From: an uncultured virus (IMG/VR IMGVR_UViG_3300005573_001064)
Lineage: Duplodnaviria; Heunggongvirae; Uroviricota; Caudoviricetes
DNA: 21,117 bases
Reading direction: 5' to 3' (one strand)
IMG/VR virus record: IMGVR_UViG_3300005573_001064
The notes beneath the pieces were generated by a model. The model was not told where the DNA came from, ran no database searches, and saw only the letters and a list, made by a program, of their open reading frames with translations. The position numbers and the translations under genes are program-made. Shown here piece after piece: positions 14,805 through 21,117 of the stretch (the first letter of the stretch is position 1; the number at the start of each line of letters is the position of its first letter).

Positions 14805-15236
14805 ATGACAATGCAGTCGGGAGGTTCACCGTCTCCTGGTGACCCAATAGGAGTCGGGGCCGTAAATGTGAGGCATCTGAGACATATATCCGTAAATTAC
14901 TATGCGACGGCAACTGGCGGTAATGTGGCGGTAGGCCCTGTTGTTCCAGCAGGTAAACGGCGAATGGTGTTCTATGTTAAAATTTGGCATGACAGTCCTG
15001 ATGCACAAGTATTGTCCCTTTTCCGAGATGGGGCTGTAGGTGCGGTTCCATTGGATGATGTTTCTCTGCCAGGAAGCGGGGCTGGTGGTTTTTCAGGAAT
15101 TGGAGACCAGATGTGGGATTATTCTTTGAATATAGAATCGCCAGTGTATATACTGGAACCTGGAGAACAACTTGGTATGGGGGTTCCCGTTGATGTTAAT
15201 GGCTATATATTGATAAACTGCTATGATGAACCGTGA
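14805..15236 (+). CDS. small jelly-roll-like virion protein, paralog B
   Basis: Start moved to ATG 14805 (GAGGAGG SD). VPAGKRRMVFYV...PVYILEPGEQL...CYDE. Confidence 0.7.
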   Translation: MTMQSGGSPSPGDPIGVGAVNVRHLRHISVNYYATATGGNVAVGPVVPAGKRRMVFYVKIWHDSPDAQVLSLFRDGAVGAVPLDDVSLPGSGAGGFSGIGDQMWDYSLNIESPVYILEPGEQLGMGVPVDVNGYILINCYDEP

Positions 15237-15247
15237 GGGGATGAGAG

Positions 15248-15727
15248 ATGCCTGTTCAATTCGTAATCAATCCAAGACCAGATAAACGTGAAATCAAGCG
15301 ATACAAGGTAAAACAGGCCAGTTCACAAACGGGAGGACTTTGGACACAAATTTACCAGAGGACACATCCCTTTGTGCAGGGAATAGAGGTAAGGAATTTA
15401 AGCACTGGAAATATGTTATATATATCGCAAGAAGAAATGCCTACTGCTGATAATTTTGACCCTATTCAGCCTTTAGCATCGTTCTCTGAAGAGATGGACC
15501 CTCCATATTTGTATGCGAACACAGATATGCCAGTAAGTCATGATATTGAGGTTCTTGTGATAGTAAAGTATTTCAGTATTGAATATGTTAAAAGGATGTA
15601 CATGGGGATATATGAGCCGATGATTTCAAATCCGAAACAGAATGTAACTTTATACGATTATTTTTATGGAACGGATAAGGTTTTTCCCAAGATTGAATCT
15701 CCAGAAAAGAAACATAGAAAGGAGTGA
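15248..15727 (+). CDS. putative virion protein with a beta-sandwich N-terminal domain
   Basis: GIEVRNLSTGNMLYIS...PIQPLASF...LYA pattern; in the structural operon. Confidence 0.6.
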   Translation: MPVQFVINPRPDKREIKRYKVKQASSQTGGLWTQIYQRTHPFVQGIEVRNLSTGNMLYISQEEMPTADNFDPIQPLASFSEEMDPPYLYANTDMPVSHDIEVLVIVKYFSIEYVKRMYMGIYEPMISNPKQNVTLYDYFYGTDKVFPKIESPEKKHRKE

Positions 15728-15732
15728 CCTAA

Positions 15733-17325
15733 ATGGCCCGAAGGCAACAGGATAAAATTGACCAGCAACTCCAAATAATTTCTCCAGATGTCTATGACAT
15801 AACACTTACTCCAGCTTCTGGCGGGGCATTCCTCGGAAGTGGGGATGAATTGTATGACCAGAATACTACAACGGAATTGACTTATAATGGTGTTGCATAT
15901 CCAGCAACAATATTGACACAATTCAATAAACCCACATTGGTCGGAAGAGTGTCTGTAAGAGGAGGAACTAACCCTATTAGGGGGATGACAGTTTCTGTAG
16001 TAGGAGTAAATGGGGCCTTGACAAATGTCCTTGTTTTAGCACCAGGCACATCTCAAGCTGGGGCAGATAGTGGAAACTTCACCCCAATAATGGCATCCGG
16101 CTTGCTGGTGACTCTTAATGATGTTGCTGGAAGGGCAACCTCGATATCGGGAATTTCAGTGCTCAAGGTTGTAGAAACTAAAACAACTGTTACAACTATT
16201 ACAGCCGAAGTAGATAATACACCTGACAAGCCACTTTTCGTTCAGGACCAAGGACAAGTGGCCATAGAGGAAATTTCTCCATCAGATAGTGAGTTAATCA
16301 ATGCCGTATCGGGGAATCTCGCAGAGTTGTTTGATAAGGATATCGCCACAGAGGTTCAGTGGGCAGGTGATGTAGGCGATGGGTTGTTGGTGACATTTAA
16401 ATCTCCATTGCTGATAGCGAGGATAGGGTTGCACGGAGGTACGCTAGGATTACCTAATACAATAGAAGTAATAGTAACTGATATAGATGGGAATCCACAT
16501 ATGGTATGCAGCTGGGGTGGAGAAGCGCCGGATTTAGTTCCTGGTAAGGACAGCGGGAACTTCAAGGTCGTAGAAGAGGGGCCAGGTTCTTCCCCGATAT
16601 TGGCTAAATCAGTGACGATAATTGACAATGTGGGGATAGGAAGAGACTGGACAATAAGTGAGGTCATCATTTACAAAGTTATTGAAACTAAATCATTCGT
16701 GTATAATGAGGAAACAGAGCCTATTTTTGTCCAAGAGCAGGGCCGGAATGCCCAGCTGACCGAGTTCTACGGGCAGAAAGTCAGCTACGACCCGTTCGTT
16801 GATGGGGGCGGAAACCGATATTATCTCCTGTTGAGGAGACCGTTGGAGGTCGATGCTGACAACGACCCATCTGCTAATAACGATTCCACAGTCGCATCGG
16901 TGACAAGCGATACAATCGATTCCGAGAGGATTGCTGCTTACTTCTATGTCCCAATGGACGATATTCGTACGATAAGGAATCATGCACTGGCCATGGCGAC
17001 CGTGGAATGCGGGAGTAATATGCGGTGCACGACCCTGAGATACAGGCTTTACATGGCTGAGATATTGACGGGGGCATTGACTCCCATAACAGCGGAGAAA
17101 TCGGTCACACTCAACATAGACGGGCCTACATCCAGAGCGGTGAGGGCGATACTTCAAGACCTTACTTTGTATGCAATACCTGAAGATTATGTACTGGTAC
17201 TGCTTATACGAGTATTCGGCAGGCAGGTATCGTCGTCATCGACACCTGCGTATATCACTCTATGGCACCGCAGGGGATTGGGCGATGTGAAGTTCGAGAC
17301 TGAGGTGATAACACAGGTCGGCTGA
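15733..17325 (+). CDS. putative spike/turret protein with two tandem ~165-aa discoidin/galactose-binding-like repeats
   Basis: Repeat 1 ELYDQNTTTE...FNKPTLV.R...GG...DSGNF...KVVETK...PLFVQDQG matches repeat 2 ELFDKDIATE...FKSPLLI.R...GG...DSGNF...KVIETK...PIFVQEQG. Confidence 0.7.
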   Translation: MARRQQDKIDQQLQIISPDVYDITLTPASGGAFLGSGDELYDQNTTTELTYNGVAYPATILTQFNKPTLVGRVSVRGGTNPIRGMTVSVVGVNGALTNVLVLAPGTSQAGADSGNFTPIMASGLLVTLNDVAGRATSISGISVLKVVETKTTVTTITAEVDNTPDKPLFVQDQGQVAIEEISPSDSELINAVSGNLAELFDKDIATEVQWAGDVGDGLLVTFKSPLLIARIGLHGGTLGLPNTIEVIVTDIDGNPHMVCSWGGEAPDLVPGKDSGNFKVVEEGPGSSPILAKSVTIIDNVGIGRDWTISEVIIYKVIETKSFVYNEETEPIFVQEQGRNAQLTEFYGQKVSYDPFVDGGGNRYYLLLRRPLEVDADNDPSANNDSTVASVTSDTIDSERIAAYFYVPMDDIRTIRNHALAMATVECGSNMRCTTLRYRLYMAEILTGALTPITAEKSVTLNIDGPTSRAVRAILQDLTLYAIPEDYVLVLLIRVFGRQVSSSSTPAYITLWHRRGLGDVKFETEVITQVG

Positions 17326-17334
17326 GGTGTTTAG

Positions 17335-17721
17335 ATGACATTCAGGAACGGTGAAATCGTCTGCGATGCCCCTGGCAAGAAGAATGGGGAATCGTGCGGG
17401 AACGTGGCGATGCGCTATGGGCAGGACATGGACTACAAGCCTGTGGACCTGTGCGACAGGTGCTCGGTCCTATGGTATATCGCTGTCTGTGCCCATAAAA
17501 TGCCCATGCCCAAGATGAAGTGCAGCACATGCGGTAAGGAGATTGTGCTGTCCTGCTCTGAGTATTCCAAGACGATGGAGTTACTGGACAATAGAAATAA
17601 AAAGAGGGACAAGAACCCCATATACATATGTTCGTCGTGCAGAAAGCCCATCCCACTGGCATGGGCGACACTATCGAATGGTAAGGTATTATTCAACTGG
17701 AAGGAGGAGGCGAAAGCATGA
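17335..17721 (+). CDS. Cys-rich multi-zinc-binding protein
   Basis: GAGGTG SD; CDRC, CSTC, CSSC and further Cys residues. Confidence 0.7.
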   Translation: MTFRNGEIVCDAPGKKNGESCGNVAMRYGQDMDYKPVDLCDRCSVLWYIAVCAHKMPMPKMKCSTCGKEIVLSCSEYSKTMELLDNRNKKRDKNPIYICSSCRKPIPLAWATLSNGKVLFNWKEEAKA

Positions 17722-18281
17722 GTTCGAGCATATCGGCCCCTGAGAGTTATGTGAAAGAGGCATTCAGGTTCTGCTGGGACACCCTGGGTAACTTCCTGAG
17801 AGTGAGCGAGGTATTCCCAGCGGCATACGACCAGGCGCAGGACGCATACAAGAACGAGACCGTGTTCTATACCATCAGGTCGGACAAGGATTCGCACTTC
17901 ACTGGAGCCATTGTTGTGAATGCTAAGGAGGACGAGAACCTCACCGGCCTCGCATCAAATAAAACCAGAATAAAGCGTGTGAAGGTTCAGGCCGATGTGA
18001 ACCATGGGATGAACATCATCGTATGGAAGAAAGATACATTCGATGAAACGGACCTCGACCTGGACAGCTTCTGCGGTGTAACTGAGTTCCTTTCTACCGA
18101 TAACTTCCGCATCGGTGGAGCGAACCAGTACTACTATGACAGTGGCGCTCTGGACATCCCATACGAGGATTTGGATGGAACATTCGAACTTCATGTCTCA
18201 GTGATGATAACTGCAACAGACAAAGTGGCTGGGGCAACTGACGAAATAATCGTCGAGGTCGAGTACGAGCCAGCGGCATAG
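17718..18281 (+). CDS. putative virion protein, acidic beta-sandwich
   Basis: GGAGG SD, ATGA overlap, beta-strand pattern ending IIVEVEYEP. Confidence 0.7.
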   Translation: MSSSISAPESYVKEAFRFCWDTLGNFLRVSEVFPAAYDQAQDAYKNETVFYTIRSDKDSHFTGAIVVNAKEDENLTGLASNKTRIKRVKVQADVNHGMNIIVWKKDTFDETDLDLDSFCGVTEFLSTDNFRIGGANQYYYDSGALDIPYEDLDGTFELHVSVMITATDKVAGATDEIIVEVEYEPAA

Positions 18282-18294
18282 ATTCGGTGATGAC

Positions 18295-18792
18295 ATGGGA
18301 GATGGATATAACGACACCGGCTCATCCGGTAAGTGGAAAAAAGATGTTTACATAACAGAAGACCATATCCATCCATATGGCGGTGAGGTATGGGTACCTG
18401 TGCCATGTAATACGGCAGTGTCCCCGACCACTGGTGCTACCGCTGATACATTCGGTTCGTGGGTTCAGTTGATGGCATCCACTCCTTCCAATCAGTTTAT
18501 AGACTTTCATCGAGCAGTATTGGTAAATCCGCTTGTAAATCCGATGCCTGGGGATGGGGTATATCATGTGGAGATAGGTGTCGGGGCATCGGGTGCCGAG
18601 GTCAGGATATCCGAGTTCAGATTCTATATTGATACAGTGTCGGGTAATAACCTGCCGAGGCATCCATTAGAGATAATGTCGCCGAGGATAGCCCCAGGCA
18701 GTAGGGTGGCAGTCAGGGTTAAGCGTAGTGTCGCAGGAGCAGCGGCAGTTGATTTACAATTTGGGTATCATGCATATCCAGTAGGGCTATGA
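18295..18792 (+). CDS. putative virion protein, jelly-roll-like
   Basis: GGTGA SD. FGSWVQL...YHVEIGVGASGAEVRI...IAPGSRVAVRV is typical of viral structural beta-sandwiches. Confidence 0.7.
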   Translation: MGDGYNDTGSSGKWKKDVYITEDHIHPYGGEVWVPVPCNTAVSPTTGATADTFGSWVQLMASTPSNQFIDFHRAVLVNPLVNPMPGDGVYHVEIGVGASGAEVRISEFRFYIDTVSGNNLPRHPLEIMSPRIAPGSRVAVRVKRSVAGAAAVDLQFGYHAYPVGL

Positions 18793-18813
18793 TAGGCAGT
18801 TGAGGTGTTAGAC

Positions 18814-19311
18814 ATGCTGAATCTTCCACCAAATGACTACGGTTCGAGACGACCACAAACAGCGGCTGTCAGTATACCAGCTCAGTTCATCCCAATCGCT
18901 AGTGGTAACGGAGCGACAGAGAACAACTATCAGATTATCAAAGGTTCGACAACGTTCTATGTTACGATATTCTCAGTCGCCACAACAGGTAATACAGTAC
19001 GAACCTGGCCTTCTATCTTCCGTCCGAATTCCAAGCATCTGTATATGTGGGCCTTCGCCCGTGATTCAGCGTGGAACCCAACGAATTGTAAATGGCTCGT
19101 GACTGGAGGCTCGAATGGTAATCCAATAACCAATCATTCTAACTACTCGGAGGCATTTACGTGCCAGGTCAACACAACAGTGACAAAAGTGGAAATACCT
19201 AACGCACTGAACGGCTTTGTCGAAGGGGACTCGATAAGCATAGAGTTCGTAGCAGGTGAAATTTATGGCGGGAATGTCATTTACATTCTCGGCTTTTCAA
19301 TGGAGGACTGA
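18814..19311 (+). CDS. putative virion protein
   Basis: GAGGTG SD before ATG 18814; Asn/Thr-rich beta sequence with VEGDSISIEF. Confidence 0.65.
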   Translation: MLNLPPNDYGSRRPQTAAVSIPAQFIPIASGNGATENNYQIIKGSTTFYVTIFSVATTGNTVRTWPSIFRPNSKHLYMWAFARDSAWNPTNCKWLVTGGSNGNPITNHSNYSEAFTCQVNTTVTKVEIPNALNGFVEGDSISIEFVAGEIYGGNVIYILGFSMED

Positions 19312-19316
19312 TAGCG

Positions 19317-19649
19317 ATGGTGATGAGTAAGAGGGTGTGGGAAGCCAGGCAGGAGAGCATGATGCCGGTGGGTGCGCTTGAGGTCATACCCACGACCGAC
19401 AGGTGGCACACGAAGTCGGGTAAGTGGAACGCTGCCGGCATCAGAATCAGGACTGCTATTATGGAGTATCTCGATAAGCAGGAGTGCGATGCGACCTATT
19501 CGGACATAAAGAATCATCTATGTAAGGTTCTACCAGACGACTGCGTTGAGAAGGACGACGAGGGTAACATTGTCTGGCAGATGAATAACACTGATGTAAA
19601 AGGATTGGTGGCTACGCTGGTGGCCGAAGACAAAGTGGTGGACAACTGA
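19317..19649 (+). CDS. hypothetical protein, possible winged helix
   Basis: GGAGG SD; IRTAIMEYL...ATYSDIKNHL...DVKGLVATLVAEDKV. Confidence 0.6.
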   Translation: MVMSKRVWEARQESMMPVGALEVIPTTDRWHTKSGKWNAAGIRIRTAIMEYLDKQECDATYSDIKNHLCKVLPDDCVEKDDEGNIVWQMNNTDVKGLVATLVAEDKVVDN

Positions 19650-19650
19650 T

Positions 19651-20292
19651 ATGAAGCGAGCAATCTATTACGATGACTGTCGGGATGCGGTCCGACTTGC
19701 GAGAGAGTGGACACGCATATATGGGTCGGATAATCTGTCAGTAGAATATCAAACGGACATAGGGAAATTCGCATATACCATCACACGCACAGCGGGGGCC
19801 ACTCTTCATCAATGGCTTTGGATGGCATCTCAATCTATGGTATGTTTCGATGCTTATTATATGTTCAAGAAGAATATGGCAGCCCCAAATGAAGATAAAT
19901 CTTCTTTTGGGGTAATGTTTAATAGTATAGATTTTAATAATTATAGTTATGTCTTTAAAACGGATTCCCTATATTTTGAGAGGCGGATTGCAGGAGTTCC
20001 TTATTATAAATACTGGAGTTTGGATTTGACTAATAATATTTGGTATGCTGTTAGAGTGAGAAAGAATCTTAAGGATGTCCGAGCTAAAATATGGCAATAT
20101 GGCACAGTGGAACCCGACTGGCAATATACACAAACTTTCCCAGCCCCAACGGGTTCGAATGAAAATCCAGTAAACTTCCAACCGAGAGGTGGAAGTAAAT
20201 TTGGTATTGCTACATACCTATGTGCTGTTGGTGACTGGGCCAAGATATCTGATATTCGCATCACACCGATACCGAGGACGGGGGGACCATGA
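19651..20292 (+). CDS. putative concanavalin/lectin-like receptor-binding protein
   Basis: Aromatic-rich. NNIWYAVRVR...VRAKIW..GTVEP.WQ...GKFGI...ISDIRI resembles a ConA-like beta-sandwich. Confidence 0.6.
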   Translation: MKRAIYYDDCRDAVRLAREWTRIYGSDNLSVEYQTDIGKFAYTITRTAGATLHQWLWMASQSMVCFDAYYMFKKNMAAPNEDKSSFGVMFNSIDFNNYSYVFKTDSLYFERRIAGVPYYKYWSLDLTNNIWYAVRVRKNLKDVRAKIWQYGTVEPDWQYTQTFPAPTGSNENPVNFQPRGGSKFGIATYLCAVGDWAKISDIRITPIPRTGGP

Positions 20293-21017
20293 GCATCCCA
20301 CTGACGAGGAGCCGATACAAGGGCGAGTTCGTGGTGAAGGACATCACCAACAACAGGCAGTATCTCGCAGACCTGCTGTTCAGTTGGGATGTTGGTGATA
20401 ATTTGAGTGCATGGTCACTTGCTGGAAACACCTTACCAACAGTTGCGTCAAATGGATGGATGGATTTTTATGATAACACAGCAGGAAGAGGATACTCGGC
20501 AGCAAGAACTACGTCAATTCGTGCTGGACAAGGCGAGATGCCCATAGCCTTATCTTGTAAAATAAGAAGAATGCCGGATGACAGTAGTACAGATGGTATG
20601 AAGTTTTGTGCAGGACTTACTGGATATGATGTTGTTTGGGGTTCATTCAATATCGGATTTTCTATTAGAGATATACAGAACCTACAAATAACTTATCAGG
20701 CTATTCCTTGGGTCGGGAGCGTAGATAGATTCAGATATAACTTCCCTGTACCAGCCGACGGAACAGAGCACATAGTTCAGTTATTTAGAGATACTGAAAA
20801 AATAGGCGTAATTTTTGATGGGGTTTTACTATCTCCTCCATCATTTATATTGAATGTTGAAACTGGGAATAGTGCAATGTCCTATACTCCTCATCATTAT
20901 TACTGTTTATCTTACAAATATCCTTACTTCTGGTGCCGACATAACGCAGGCGAAGTGACCCATTTCCAAGTCAGGGATATAAAATTTGGTCGTCTTGTCG
21001 GGGTCGGTGATGTGTAG
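20289..21017 (+). CDS. putative concanavalin/LamG-like receptor-binding protein
   Basis: ATGA overlap; DGTEHIVQLFRD...IGVIFDGVL...FQVRDIKF is a LamG-like pattern. Confidence 0.6.
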   Translation: MSIPLTRSRYKGEFVVKDITNNRQYLADLLFSWDVGDNLSAWSLAGNTLPTVASNGWMDFYDNTAGRGYSAARTTSIRAGQGEMPIALSCKIRRMPDDSSTDGMKFCAGLTGYDVVWGSFNIGFSIRDIQNLQITYQAIPWVGSVDRFRYNFPVPADGTEHIVQLFRDTEKIGVIFDGVLLSPPSFILNVETGNSAMSYTPHHYYCLSYKYPYFWCRHNAGEVTHFQVRDIKFGRLVGVGDV

Positions 21018-21106
21018 TGGCAGGCAATAAATTCAAGTGGAACTCGTATGACGACGAGAATCTCGTCTGTGCCTACGACTTCGGTACCCTCACCGCGGGC
21101 TCTTAG
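21017..21106 (+). pseudogene. short ORF resembling the start of a LamG-type gene, ending after 29 aa
   Basis: GGTGAT SD, and the GTG start overlaps the prior stop. Translates as MAGNKFKWNSYDDENLVCAYDFGTLTAGS*, where LVCAYDF resembles the LV.YY.F opener of LamG domains. Confidence 0.35.
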
Positions 21107-21117
21107 CGCAAGTGAAA

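Larger units (their letters stand above)
1..21117. mobile_element. archaeal virus or provirus genome segment, probably tailless icosahedral
   Basis: Early/late modular layout, viral-type gene families, archaeal SD and TATA signals, no host genes. No integrase or att site is visible in the window. Confidence 0.8.

Noticed and set aside
245..20650. Numerous antisense or nested ORFs in the track (e.g. 2021..2470, 10851..11222, 13617..14114, 16693..17157, 17433..17897)
   Set aside because: They overlap better-supported genes, lack SD sites and show no recognisable motifs.
19651..21117. Diversity-generating retroelement or shufflon acting on the lectin-like genes
   Set aside because: No reverse transcriptase, TR/VR pair, invertase or inverted recombination sites were seen in the window.

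Overview
The window looks like a 21-kb piece of an archaeal virus or provirus genome. Genes are densely packed, have GGTGA/GGAGG Shine-Dalgarno sites and TATA-box promoters, and include no host housekeeping genes. It has three blocks. (1) A leftward early block (1-5560) encodes two N4/N6 DNA methyltransferases, several Zn-finger proteins, a Sak4/RecA-like AAA ATPase, a probable RPA/SSB-like protein and an Xis/MerR-like HTH protein. It is driven from a divergent control region with phased 10-bp repeats (5688-5743). (2) A rightward block (5855-9755) encodes an AbrB/DUF2080 fusion and coiled-coil, Zn-finger and membrane proteins, closed by a convergent RHH regulator. (3) A rightward virion block (10705-21106) encodes a repeat-rich core/membrane protein, a probable single-jelly-roll major capsid protein, paralogous small beta-sandwich proteins and several spike/lectin-like proteins. 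No terminase, portal, tail or FtsK/HerA packaging ATPase gene is recognisable in the window, which suggests a tailless icosahedral virus (inference). The most striking unannotated signals are a ~290-nt highly structured RNA element with G-U pairs, a UUCG loop and a possible kissing loop ahead of the virion operon (10393-10677), near-total GATC avoidance beside a DpnA-like methylase with a C2H2 zinc-finger insertion, and a small Sm/LSm-like ORF missed by the ORF track. All family calls are by eye, without database searches.
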